Shown here in pieces: positions 17,755 through 27,709 of a DNA stretch of 64,000 bases. How positions within the stretch are numbered: position 1 is the stretch's first letter; each line of letters begins with the position of its first letter. The notes under the pieces are model-generated. The model made no database searches. It saw only the letters and a list, made by a program, of their open reading frames with translations, and had not been told where the DNA came from. This stretch comes from Desulfurococcales archaeon (GTDB lineage: Archaea > Thermoproteota > Thermoprotei_A > Sulfolobales > NBVN01): NCBI GenBank assembly GCA_023255955.1, contig JAGDWD010000007.1, positions 71,929-135,928 on the forward strand. The letters run 5' to 3'. The translations under genes and the position numbers were made by a program.

Positions 17755-19068
17755 GTGTTGGTGGTGTACGTGTCCTTACCGCCTGAGCTTAAGAAGATTA
17801 TCGAGGTAACTAGGTCACACAATAGGTGGAGGAGGTTCGAGTGTGTGAACCTCATAGCTTCAGAGAACGTTATGTCCCCTCTTGCTGAGGCAGCGTACTT
17901 TACTGACATGATGCATAGATATGCTGAGGGTAAGCCTGGGAGGAGGTACTACCAGGGCAACATATACACTGACGAGATAGAGCTCTTAGTTATGGAGCTT
18001 ATGAGTAAACTCCTCAAGGTTACATATGTGGAGCCCAGGGCTATCAGCGGGACCGTAGCTAATGCAGTAGTTTTCAGGGTACTCGCCAATCCCGGTGATA
18101 AAGCTCTAATAGCACCAGTTCAGGCAGGAGCCCACGTATCCCACACTAAGTTCGGGACTCTAGGTGCTTTAGGGATAGAGCACATAGAGTTGCCCTTCGA
18201 CTTAGACCGGTGGAACGTTGATGTGGATAAGGCAGTGAAACTTATAGAGGAGGTAAAGCCGAAGTTCGTGACGCTCGGAGCCTCTGTCTACTTATTCCCC
18301 CACCCGACTAAGGAGATAGCTGAGGCAGCCCACGCAGTAGGGGCTAAGGTAGTCCATGACGTAGCCCACGTTCTAGGTCTCATAGCTGGCGGTAAATGGC
18401 CTAATCCTATACATGAGGGTGCTGATGTAGCTACATCATCGACTCATAAGACATTCCCAGGACCTCAAGGAGGTGTGATATTCACAAATAGTGAGGAAAT
18501 GTATAAGCAGGTTTCCAGGTACGTGTTCCCCTGGTTCGTAAGTAACCATCACCTACATAGACTCCCAGCTACGGCTGTGACAGCTGTTGAGATGATGTAC
18601 TTTGGTGAGCAGTACGCAGATCAGATAGTTAGGAACTCTAAGGCGTTTGCCGAGGCCCTTGCTGCGGAAGGATTTAAGGTACTGGCAGAACACCTTGGAT
18701 ATACGAAGTCCCATACTATAGTTGTCGATGTGAGGCCTCAAGGTGGAGGCGCTAAAATAGCTAAACTCCTTGAGGACGCCAACATAATAGTCAATAAGAA
18801 CCTACTACCTTGGGATCCCCCGGATGCTGTAAGAGATCCTAGCGGGATAAGACTCGGAACACAGGAAATGACGAGGTTCGGAATGAAGGAGGAGGACTTC
18901 AAGATAGTAGCACGCTTTATCCGAGAGGTAGCTATAGATGGTAGGGATCCCCAGGATGTCAAGAAGAAGGTCATAGAATTCCGCAGGAACTTCCTTGAGG
19001 TTAAGTACGGGTTCGATATACCTAGAGACCTAGAGAATAGCCTAATTAAGATCCCGATGCTACTTTAA
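17755..19068 (+). CDS. glyA: Serine hydroxymethyltransferase
   Basis: The 437-aa product has the archaeal SHMT pattern ([24 protein letters not shown] with the PLP lysine). Confidence 0.9.
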   Translation: MLVVYVSLPPELKKIIEVTRSHNRWRRFECVNLIASENVMSPLAEAAYFTDMMHRYAEGKPGRRYYQGNIYTDEIELLVMELMSKLLKVTYVEPRAISGTVANAVVFRVLANPGDKALIAPVQAGAHVSHTKFGTLGALGIEHIELPFDLDRWNVDVDKAVKLIEEVKPKFVTLGASVYLFPHPTKEIAEAAHAVGAKVVHDVAHVLGLIAGGKWPNPIHEGADVATSSTHKTFPGPQGGVIFTNSEEMYKQVSRYVFPWFVSNHHLHRLPATAVTAVEMMYFGEQYADQIVRNSKAFAEALAAEGFKVLAEHLGYTKSHTIVVDVRPQGGGAKIAKLLEDANIIVNKNLLPWDPPDAVRDPSGIRLGTQEMTRFGMKEEDFKIVARFIREVAIDGRDPQDVKKKVIEFRRNFLEVKYGFDIPRDLENSLIKIPMLL

Positions 19069-19135
19069 ATACCTTTCCCGATCCTTCACATCTTTCCACA
19101 GGACCTGAATTATTATCTTGTCTTGTTAGATGTAG

Positions 19136-19396
19136 TTATCCGCCGGAGATTATCGGGAGTAGATCGACTACGTCTTCACTGCTCAGTCTCAGACTTAGAT
19201 TAGATAGAGGTACAGGCTTCTCGTTAACCAGGACTACGAATCCTTCAGAATCTATCAACTTCGCAAGATCAGGGTAGCTGCGTTTCAGTGTACTTAGTAG
19301 AGTACCTAAACAGTCAGATTCAACAATCATCTCCGCTTTCTTCACGATCGCGCGGAAAGAGCCGTAAAGCCTGACCCTAACCACGTTATTACCCAT
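19136..19396 (-). CDS. MoaD/ThiS-type ubiquitin-like small protein ending in Gly-Gly
   Basis: Taking the internal Met (MGNNVVRVRLYGSF...) gives 86 aa ending ...LLPIISGG. The 41-codon upstream extension in the ORF track overlaps the divergent gene and looks non-coding. Confidence 0.6.
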   Translation of the reverse strand: MGNNVVRVRLYGSFRAIVKKAEMIVESDCLGTLLSTLKRSYPDLAKLIDSEGFVVLVNEKPVPLSNLSLRLSSEDVVDLLPIISGG

Positions 19397-19507
19397 AGAA
19401 AACAATGTAGCTACACTAATAAGGTCAACTAAAGGACGTGTAGCAACAGAGAGAAACTGCGAACAGCATATTAAGGTATTTGAGTCTACTAAAATCTGGG
19501 TAGCGGG

Positions 19508-19744
19508 ATGCCGAAACAAAAGAGGAGGTCTCTTCCAGGTGTTGTCGTGCTCGTAGCTCTAATAGTCTTAGCTATAGCTCTTGGAGTATATGGTAATAAG
19601 ATAGTAACCGGAGTTTCTAGCGAGACTAGAACAGGAACAGGAGTTACTCAGACTCTCACTGAGGTTCCTACAACTACTGAGATCTCTACATCTACTACGT
19701 CAGTAAGTGAACATACGAACACCACAACTACACAGGCACCGTAG
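19508..19744 (+). CDS. Small membrane-anchored Thr-rich protein
   Basis: A basic N-terminus, one TM helix (VVVLVALIVLAIALGV) and a Thr/Ser-rich tail. Confidence 0.35.
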   Translation: MPKQKRRSLPGVVVLVALIVLAIALGVYGNKIVTGVSSETRTGTGVTQTLTEVPTTTEISTSTTSVSEHTNTTTTQAP

Positions 19745-19830
19745 GTTTCAATGGTATTCACCTCAAGTTATTTAAGGTAGGCTCAAGAAGTTTCATAAAA
19801 GCTTAAATAGAAGAGTTTCATCTTAAAACT

Positions 19831-21501
19831 ATGGGGTATAAGATGGCGGAAAAAGCTAGGGCGGCATTAGTTCCGACACAGGGTATACCTGTCCTCATAT
19901 TGAAGGAGGGATCTACCAGGACAGCTGGTCAGGAAGCCCTGAGAAACAACATGATGGCTGCTATAACAGTAGCAGAGATGTTGCGAACTACGTATGGCCC
20001 GCGCGGAATGGATAAGATGTTGGTAGACACTATAGGTGATATAACCATAACTAATGACGGTGCTACAATACTTGATAAGATGGATGTTCAGCACCCAGCA
20101 GCGAAGATGCTTGTTCAGATAGCTAAAGGTCAGGATGAAGAGGTTGGTGACGGAACTAAGACGTCGGTGATATTTGCTGGAGAGCTCCTTAAGGCAGCTG
20201 AGGCACTACTAGAGAAGAACGTTCATCCAGTTGTAATAGTTAATGGTTACAAGAGGGCCCTCGAGGAAGCAGTGAGATTTGCTAATGAGAAGCTAGCGGA
20301 GGATGTGAGCATCGAGGACCTAGAAACACTCAAGAAGATAGCTGCTACTGCCCTGACAAGCAAAGCTGTTCACGGTGTTAGGGATCACTTTGCTGAAATA
20401 GCTGTTAAGGCCGTCCTGCAGGTAGTGGAGGAGAGAGGTGGTAGGAAATACGTTGATATAGACAACATACAGATAATAAAGAAGCACGGTGGGTCTCTGT
20501 TCGATACGAAGCTGGTCTACGGAATCATCCTCGATAAGGAGGTCGTCCACCCAGGTATGCCTAAGAGGGTTGAGAAGGCTAGGATAGCTTTACTAGATGC
20601 TCCACTAGAGATAGAGAAGACTGAGATAGATGCTGAGATAAGGATTAGTGACCCGGAGCAGATGAGGAGGTTCCTAGAAGAGAAGGAGAATATTTTAAGG
20701 AGCTTCGTTGATAAGATAGTTGGTGTTGGTGCTAACGTCGTTGTCTGTCAGAAGGGTATTGACGACGTCGCGCAGCACTTCCTAGCTAAGAAGGGTATAC
20801 TAGCTGTTAGGAGGGTTAAGAGGTCCGATATGGAGAAACTTGAGAGAGCTACCGGAGGAAGAATAGTCAGCAACATAGAGGATCTAACAGAGAACGACCT
20901 AGGATATGCTGAGCTAGTAGAGGAGAGGAAAGTTGGTGAGGACAAGATGGTCTTCGTAGAGGGAACCAAAAACCCGAAGGCTGTGAGCATACTTATCAGA
21001 GGAGGTCTTGAGAGGGTTGTTGACGAAGCTGAGAGAGTATTCAGAGATGCTTTGAGTGTTGTGGCAGACGTAGTTAAGGTACCTAAGGTGGTCTACGGAG
21101 CTGGTGCATTCGAGATAGAGGTAGCAAAGCACTTGAAGGACTACGCTAACAAGGTAGGGGGTAAGGAGTCACTCGCTATTGAGGCCTACGCTAAGGCACT
21201 AGAAGGTTTGGTAGCTACCTTAATCGAGAATGCCGGTCTAGACCCAATAGAGAAGCTTAGTGAGTTAAGAAAGGCTCACAGCCAGGAGGACGGTAAGTAC
21301 TACGGTATTAACGTCTACTCAGGAACCGTGGAAGACTCAAGGAAGATGGGAGTTATAGAGCCTCTAGCAGTTAAGGTCAACGCATTAAAAGCTGGGACCG
21401 AAGCCGCTACAATGATACTGAGGATAGACGACATCATAGCGGCAACTAAAGCTAAGGAGGAGAAGGAGAAGAAGGAGGAAAAGAAGAGTAGTGAGGAGTA
21501 A
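19831..21501 (+). CDS. Thermosome subunit (group II chaperonin)
   Basis: Motifs TYGPRGMDKML, ITNDGATIL, VGDGTKT and a C-terminal KEEKEKKEEKK tail are present. Confidence 0.95.
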   Translation: MGYKMAEKARAALVPTQGIPVLILKEGSTRTAGQEALRNNMMAAITVAEMLRTTYGPRGMDKMLVDTIGDITITNDGATILDKMDVQHPAAKMLVQIAKGQDEEVGDGTKTSVIFAGELLKAAEALLEKNVHPVVIVNGYKRALEEAVRFANEKLAEDVSIEDLETLKKIAATALTSKAVHGVRDHFAEIAVKAVLQVVEERGGRKYVDIDNIQIIKKHGGSLFDTKLVYGIILDKEVVHPGMPKRVEKARIALLDAPLEIEKTEIDAEIRISDPEQMRRFLEEKENILRSFVDKIVGVGANVVVCQKGIDDVAQHFLAKKGILAVRRVKRSDMEKLERATGGRIVSNIEDLTENDLGYAELVEERKVGEDKMVFVEGTKNPKAVSILIRGGLERVVDEAERVFRDALSVVADVVKVPKVVYGAGAFEIEVAKHLKDYANKVGGKESLAIEAYAKALEGLVATLIENAGLDPIEKLSELRKAHSQEDGKYYGINVYSGTVEDSRKMGVIEPLAVKVNALKAGTEAATMILRIDDIIAATKAKEEKEKKEEKKSSEE

Positions 21502-21676
21502 GCAGGTAAATAACCTACGTAATTTTTCTGTTCGGATTCAACTCTAGAATTATGTGTAGCTTACTGTAATTTACTAGTGGGATGTTTCCTGCTAAATTCA
21601 GTGAAATAATGTTTATGACTGATGGTACGAAGAAAAGAATGTTATATGTGAACTGTAACAGAAACTAAAAACGATT

Positions 21677-21961
21677 TCATACTAGGACAACAAACTCGTT
21701 AATTCCTTTCTTGTTTTTCTTACTTGGGTCAGGAACGTATTTCTGAAGACTTACCTCGATGCCCACGTTATCCTCCAGGAACTTGATGAAATCTACCACT
21801 GAGTCTCTTATGAATTCACTCTTTGATTTGCCGGTATTCTTGGCAGCTGCTGAGATTAACTCATTGAGCTCTGAGTCAACCCTGAAGGTCACGATCCGAG
21901 CACACCGCCGCTTCTGCTGTATATATCCGAGGTAAACAAAGGTATTTTTAGCATTAACCAT
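21677..21961 (-). CDS. Ribbon-helix-helix (CopG-like) DNA-binding protein
   Basis: VTFRVDSELNELISAAAKNTGKSKSEFIRDSV is an RHH signature. A TATA-like AATATATAAAT and a GAGGAAAG lie upstream. Confidence 0.6.
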   Translation of the reverse strand: MVNAKNTFVYLGYIQQKRRCARIVTFRVDSELNELISAAAKNTGKSKSEFIRDSVVDFIKFLEDNVGIEVSLQKYVPDPSKKNKKGINEFVVLV

Positions 21962-22816
21962 TTTCTTTCCTCAACTTTACTGAGTCTCGAATGGATTTAT
22001 ATATTGAGGTATAACTGTCTTACGATCTAATAAACAGGTTTCCCTATAAGACAAGCCTGGTAGTTTAATAAAAAGTTGCAGACCAGCAAACGCATTAAAA
22101 TTTATAAGAAAGGTTCTTGGTATTACGCTGAAACACATGCTAAATATGCTTCTCTACACAGCCTATATTCAAAGAATTCGATATCCCGATCTCTTAGTTT
22201 CGTTTTATCTCTAGATACTAGTTCTCGTTGGTCTACGTTTGCTTACCGCACTTAGAGACATTTATTTTACCTTCAAGGATCCATGAACCCCCATGGTATT
22301 TATGTGGTTAAGTCGGCGACACTGTTCCTATCTGCTGATACTCCACCGAGCCCAGGCTGTTGCTTTATTACCTAGGCAGACTCTGCGGGAAGATGCGGGA
22401 ACGGAACCCATAAACCTAACGCCTAGTAATCGATGAGGATACAGTCTCATAACACTATAATACTATCTATTTACGATGAATCATTTATAATTTATGCTAG
22501 CCATATCTACGCATTAGTGGAGGAATATAGCCTTCCATATCTTTATCTTGGGGTCTAGCGTTATCGTTAGGCTATCTACGACTTTAAGTAGAAGACGTTA
22601 TAAACTTGCGAGGAGATAGAGCGAAAGACACTAATGTGGGGGTAGTAAACTCAACACGAAGTTAAGCCTATGATTTATGATATGTTTAAGCATCTAGGTA
22701 ATGATTTATTCGACAACAGCTGCAGTCCGAGTTCTGAATAGGATAAGGATAATAAGCTGGAGACTAGCCAGAGCTAAACTCTAGAATTAATATCTTAGGT
22801 GTAGAAACCTGTCTGA

Positions 22817-23197
22817 GTGGGGTTAGAAGTGAGCTCTAATAAGGTAAAACTAGCTAGGTACTTTGGTTATCTGTACCTGGAGGCAGATGTTGACACGATA
22901 TTAAAGATCTTGAAGACCCTTAGAGATAAGAGAGGTTTTAGGGAGGATATAGAGGATTCTATAAGGATACTAGAAAACTTCGATGCTTATTACGAGCTCA
23001 TGCGTAAGAAATACAAAGAATATATATCTCCAAGAAAAAACGAGGCTGACATGATTTCTGGGGCTGTGACGATAGACAAGATAAAACTAGAACATGATAA
23101 GCAGAGAAAAGCGACCATAGTGTTTGACAAGAGGGTAAGACAGGAAGACATAGTAAATATAATTAAGGAACTTAACCTAGAGCTCGTAGAATCCTAG
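22817..23197 (+). CDS. Hypothetical protein
   Basis: The ORF is 126 aa, with coding-like Lys/Glu-rich composition. I recognise no motif. Confidence 0.35.
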   Translation: MGLEVSSNKVKLARYFGYLYLEADVDTILKILKTLRDKRGFREDIEDSIRILENFDAYYELMRKKYKEYISPRKNEADMISGAVTIDKIKLEHDKQRKATIVFDKRVRQEDIVNIIKELNLELVES

Positions 23198-23299
23198 AGG
23201 GAATAAACTTCTTAGTTTAGACCTCACCTAGGATCTTGAAGTTAAATTTCGGACTAGGATACACATTTCAGAGACGGATGCCCGGTAGGTGCGTGGAAA

Positions 23300-23686
23300 T
23301 TGGGTGTAACTGAAAAATCTTTCAGGTATGTTCTTAAACTGGACGAGAAAGGAAGGATAACTATTCCTCAAGTAGTTAGGGATGCTTTAGGGCTTGAACC
23401 AGGTATGTTTGTTGAGTTAGTGATTGACAGAAGTTCGAGGGTAATAGTTGTGAGGCCCGTGGCCTCGGGGATTATAGCCACGTATAAAGTTAGCTTAGAT
23501 AAAAGGAGTGATGTCGTAAGTCTAGTGTCTTCTGTGATTGAGGAGGGATCTGACTTAAGGTATCTAGAGTGCGGGGAGTCCGAATGTCTCTTGAGAGTCT
23601 TTCTGTTGGACACATTAATGGCTGAGAAACTCGCTGAAAAACTTCGGAGTAGGGGTCTTAACGTCATAGAATATTCGGTCAGATAG
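23300..23686 (+). CDS. AbrB/SpoVT-type DNA-binding protein with a C-terminal ACT-like domain
   Basis: LDEKGRITIPQVVRDALGLEPGMFVELV is a swapped-hairpin AbrB motif. It is followed by a ~70-aa beta-alpha-beta-like region. Confidence 0.6.
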   Translation: MGVTEKSFRYVLKLDEKGRITIPQVVRDALGLEPGMFVELVIDRSSRVIVVRPVASGIIATYKVSLDKRSDVVSLVSSVIEEGSDLRYLECGESECLLRVFLLDTLMAEKLAEKLRSRGLNVIEYSVR

Positions 23687-23773
23687 AGAGCATGGCAACT
23701 TCGTAACGATTAAACAAATTCGATGTATTTATGGGAATCGTCGACAGCTTGATAAAGAGTAAGTATATTATTT

Positions 23774-23902
23774 CTCTCTACGGTAGTGTAGGGCCATACC
23801 CTAAGAACAGAGAGCTCTCCAGCGTCTCGTGTCCCTGGGCCCGATACCCTGCGAGCCCACCCATAAGGTAGCTATGCTACCGGTGAGCGGGTAAGTAGAG
23901 AG
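23774..23902. ncRNA. Candidate structured RNA (GC-rich long hairpin); class unknown
   Basis: CTCTCTAC (23774-23781) pairs with GTAGAGAG (23895-23902), and GGTAG (23782-23786) with CTACC (23877-23881). The interior is ~62% GC inside a ~35-40% GC island. There is no ORF. Confidence 0.25.
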
Positions 23903-24056
23903 TTCCTAGATTCTGTAAGTAAACATAAAAGATGAGGATGAGCATCTGAAGGCAAACAGATCAGTCAAACAGAAGGAAGGTACTGGTTTATATAGAAGAA
24001 TTGAAGCTTTCGGTTGAACGATGACTTCCTAGAGGTTTCTACTTTGGTGGTAGAGT

Positions 24057-27000
24057 TCAGGGAGTTACACTATTGTAGCCGTCCTCTTGAGTAGTAACCA
24101 ACGAACTTTCCACGCTGCGTACTGATTTATCTCTGTGAACGAGGTCACTTATTTTTATCTCGGCTAAAGCTGATAGAGGTAGAAGTAGTGCTAGGTCGTA
24201 GGGGATACCCCTATCGACTTTCTCTACGAGCTTCATTAACTTAGCAGTGTATAGTGGAGTAACCAGACTGGGACACACCTTATTAACTAGTTCTAGGACA
24301 GTCATACCTCTCTTTGTGGGTATTAGGAACTGCCTATACTTGCTTATTACTATGTAACCATGTCTTCTATTGTTCTCTAAGGCCTTAGAGTACGTAGACG
24401 GCCTGCCTATACCTTCTTCTCTCATTCTCCTAATTATCTCCGACGTAGTTAGTAAACTAACCTTGGAGCCACGGTATACCTTAACTGAGCTAGGAACTAC
24501 CTTAGCAATCTCCCTAGGAAGCTCATATATCTTAATCGGCAAAATCTTAGTGAAGCCCTCATCCAGTACCTGCGTTGGGAGCTTTAGTCTAGCTATTTCC
24601 CTGCCCGATACTCTAAATGAGTACGACGTGAAGACCACCTTCGAAGGAGACATCTGGCTGGCTATGAACCTCTTGAACACCATTCTATAAGCCTCGTAGT
24701 GTTTACGGGTTAGAGCTATCCCCATCTGCAGGCATTCAGCCTCTATGTCATCTAAAGGTCTCGTCGGTCTAATAGCTTCATGAGCTCCACCTTCACCCCA
24801 GCTCCTGGGGCTGAAAAGATCTTCGAGCCCGCTTGCTTTAAGGTAGGCCTTAGCTATCTCTATTCCGTGGCTTGAGACCCTAGTTGACGCAGTTCGGTGA
24901 TACGTTATAAAACCGAGTTCGTAAAGCTCTTGAAGCACCCTCATTGTCTCGCCTGGTGTTAACCTGAGCTGCCTTCCAAGTTCCTCGAGTGCTGTATCGG
25001 TGGTGTAAGGTGGTCGTGGATTAATTGTATCAACCTCCTCAGCTACAGGCACGTACTCAATGCCTTGACTACTTACCTCGGAGGACAGCTTCTCAGCTTC
25101 TTCCCGGCTACCTACGTAAATCTTTAGGGTAAGATCGCTATAAGGTAAGGTAATTGATACTATATAACCCCTCCCGTTCCGGTACTCCTCGTACCTCTCA
25201 ACTACCCAAGAAAGCACTGGGGTCTGCACCCTACCTCCTCCTGCGTTAGGGGTGCTCAGATACTCCTTCAGAATACTACTAATACCGAAACCTACGAACC
25301 TATCGTCAACTCTTCTCACGACTTGAGATCTAACCAGACACAGGTCTATGTCCCGGAGATGTGAGAGGCCGTTGATAACTCCGTACCTAGTTATTTCATG
25401 GAACTCTGCTCTCTTGATATTGTTGTTGTACGGCTTTAAGGAAACATATATGTCATACGCTATTTTCTCTCCTTCTTCATCTGCGTCCGTAGCAATAACA
25501 ACCAGTGACGATTCTTTAGCTAACTTCCTTAGCACGTTGATTACTCTCATACTATTGTAAACTCTTAGAGAACCACACCTAGGGCAGATACGGGTGTCAT
25601 CTGTGTATTGATGCCCACACTCTCTACACCTCTTTAATGTGGTATAAACCGGTTCTACTTCTCCATCTCTACTTACCCTAACACCGTAGATCCCGGTATC
25701 AACTGATAGATCGAAGACATGGCCTAGGCTAGGTACTATCGTTGCTACATAGTATGTCTGACCTACAGGGATCACAGTCTCGTAAACAGTAACCCCTCCT
25801 ATGAATCTCTTACCCCCACCACCGAACATTTTCGCTATAGTCCTAGCTTTCGTCGGCGACTCAACTACTATTAAAGTGGGTACTATTCTAGAGAGTACAT
25901 CATTCTGTCCGCCACTACTGAGCCTACTTCTAGTTGCTTCCTCTAGAGACGTGGAGAGCTCGTTCTCACTGAGGGCTCTGAAGTTGCTTTCGAACATGTT
26001 CTTAAGTTTTCTAAGGAATACTTCATATATGTCTTCGTTCTCGTAGAGTAAGATAGAGATACCGAGGGTCATCCTGCCATTGAAAAGCCTACTTGTTCTT
26101 CCAGATGCCTGTATATATGTGTATATATCAGGTATATCAACTAAGATGTTGTTAGAACCCGAAAACCTGACGACTGAGTTCCCGAGGGCTATTCTAGATC
26201 TCTTCATCAATTCATATTTAAGTACTTCAAGGACGTAGCTTCTTAGGCTATCTGCGTATCTAACCAGCTCTTCTACGTAGTTACTTGATGGCTGTAATAT
26301 CCCCCTCAAACATAGGTCAACCACCCTAAGTTTGTATTGCGGAAGTCTTGATAGAGTTTCATAAATCCTTGAGAGCCTCTCATCATGTCTTCCGGCAGTA
26401 ATTAGGGATCTATACGCTAGGACTATATTAGAGGTTCGTGTTAGATACGCTTCGAGAGGAATAGAGAATTTCGGTACGTTGATGAATACCGAGGACTTTA
26501 TGATTTCAGGCTCATCTATACCGCGGGTCAGAACCCCATAGTATGTAGCAACACCTACAAGTACATCAACTTCACCTCTCCGAAGCTTCTCAATAGCTCT
26601 ATTTGTATGGGCTATTCCGACCTTAATACCACCTTTCTCAAGTTCCTCAACTAAGTACTTCAAATAATCCCGACCCATTTCCCGTGAGACGAAGATCAGT
26701 GTACCACGCCCTAAGGTACTAATGAGATTTACTAGCTCAACACTCCTTAACGGAGCAGAAAACTCTCTTACGTTCCTTAGGTAGTCCACTATACTCCCAA
26801 TCTCGAAGTTCAGTAGTTCTCTAAGGACTTTAATTCTCTCCTTCTTACCTCTACCAGTTGCTGTAGCTATGAGGAGCTGGCCAAGCCTTCTACTACCAAC
26901 TGCCTCAGCAAGCTGTGCCTCGAGACTCTCAACAGACTTAAGGATCTCCCCATACTGCTCAGGGTTTGAGTGTCTCGCAGTGAGAGCTACCTGCTTCAAC

Positions 27001-27578
27001 TTCGTAAGTTTCTTAGCTGTCTCTATGTCCTCCTGAGTAAAGCCTAGAGCTGTGAGTATCGAATCTAGTAACGAGGACTTCTTCAGGAGGGCGTCGAAGT
27101 CATCAACTATGACCGTAGAGAACTTCGTGGAGTTCAGCACTTCTCTTCTCCTGAAGAGGAGCATATGTGTCGCAACACTTATCCCGCCAGACTCAGGCTC
27201 TAAACCCTCTACGATCGCTACCCCAAACTTCTTACTAAGGGTTCTCAACCTCTCAGCTACCTGTTGAAGTAATGTCTTGGTAGGCACAACGTATAGAACC
27301 CTCTCTCCATTGACACCTCTATAAAGCCCATATACTTGTAGTAGAGTGGACTTCCCTACCCCGGTAGGAGCTATTAACGCGAATGACTCCCCGGCTAACA
27401 TCCTCCTAGCCCAAGCTCTCTGCATAGCCCAAAGAGAGAAACCTGTAAGGTCTGTGAAGAACTTCGAGAACTCACTGGTAGCTACATCCATAGCATCATA
27501 GATAGTAGCGCTTCCTAAGAGAAGACCGTCATCACACTCTAATAGACCGTCTAGGCATATATGTCTATATCTCAACAT
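24057..27578 (-). CDS. rgy: Reverse gyrase
   Basis: The 1173-aa product has an SF2 helicase-like N-half (APTGVGKS, VVDDFD) fused to a topoisomerase IA C-half (TOPRIM VVESPTKA, DADEEGE, a CRECGHQ...CPRCG zinc finger, and the active-site region YITYHRT). Confidence 0.95.
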   Translation of the reverse strand: MLRYRHICLDGLLECDDGLLLGSATIYDAMDVATSEFSKFFTDLTGFSLWAMQRAWARRMLAGESFALIAPTGVGKSTLLQVYGLYRGVNGERVLYVVPTKTLLQQVAERLRTLSKKFGVAIVEGLEPESGGISVATHMLLFRRREVLNSTKFSTVIVDDFDALLKKSSLLDSILTALGFTQEDIETAKKLTKLKQVALTARHSNPEQYGEILKSVESLEAQLAEAVGSRRLGQLLIATATGRGKKERIKVLRELLNFEIGSIVDYLRNVREFSAPLRSVELVNLISTLGRGTLIFVSREMGRDYLKYLVEELEKGGIKVGIAHTNRAIEKLRRGEVDVLVGVATYYGVLTRGIDEPEIIKSSVFINVPKFSIPLEAYLTRTSNIVLAYRSLITAGRHDERLSRIYETLSRLPQYKLRVVDLCLRGILQPSSNYVEELVRYADSLRSYVLEVLKYELMKRSRIALGNSVVRFSGSNNILVDIPDIYTYIQASGRTSRLFNGRMTLGISILLYENEDIYEVFLRKLKNMFESNFRALSENELSTSLEEATRSRLSSGGQNDVLSRIVPTLIVVESPTKARTIAKMFGGGGKRFIGGVTVYETVIPVGQTYYVATIVPSLGHVFDLSVDTGIYGVRVSRDGEVEPVYTTLKRCRECGHQYTDDTRICPRCGSLRVYNSMRVINVLRKLAKESSLVVIATDADEEGEKIAYDIYVSLKPYNNNIKRAEFHEITRYGVINGLSHLRDIDLCLVRSQVVRRVDDRFVGFGISSILKEYLSTPNAGGGRVQTPVLSWVVERYEEYRNGRGYIVSITLPYSDLTLKIYVGSREEAEKLSSEVSSQGIEYVPVAEEVDTINPRPPYTTDTALEELGRQLRLTPGETMRVLQELYELGFITYHRTASTRVSSHGIEIAKAYLKASGLEDLFSPRSWGEGGAHEAIRPTRPLDDIEAECLQMGIALTRKHYEAYRMVFKRFIASQMSPSKVVFTSYSFRVSGREIARLKLPTQVLDEGFTKILPIKIYELPREIAKVVPSSVKVYRGSKVSLLTTSEIIRRMREEGIGRPSTYSKALENNRRHGYIVISKYRQFLIPTKRGMTVLELVNKVCPSLVTPLYTAKLMKLVEKVDRGIPYDLALLLPLSALAEIKISDLVHRDKSVRSVESSLVTTQEDGYNSVTP

Positions 27579-27709
27579 CCTCCAGATCCTTAGGTCTTCT
27601 CATGAGTCCAAAAACTTATAAGGTTTGAGAGTCTTCAATAAGCTGTTCTCCAGGTTCTATCAAACCATCGTTATAAGGAACTACAAGCTAAACTTGTTGG
27701 TGTGGGTGA

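Noticed and set aside
21962-22816. Replication origin (oriC) in the AT-rich ORF-free stretch.
   Set aside because: I found no ORB or mini-ORB-type inverted repeats (TCCANNGGAAA-like) and no adjacent orc1/cdc6 gene. Only weak short reiterations are present.
23774-23902. 5S rRNA or an intron-containing tRNA.
   Set aside because: There is no CCGAACCCGGAAGUUAAGC-type 5S core and no GTTCRAATC T-loop. Only a short GUCUCGUGU resemblance to 5S was seen.
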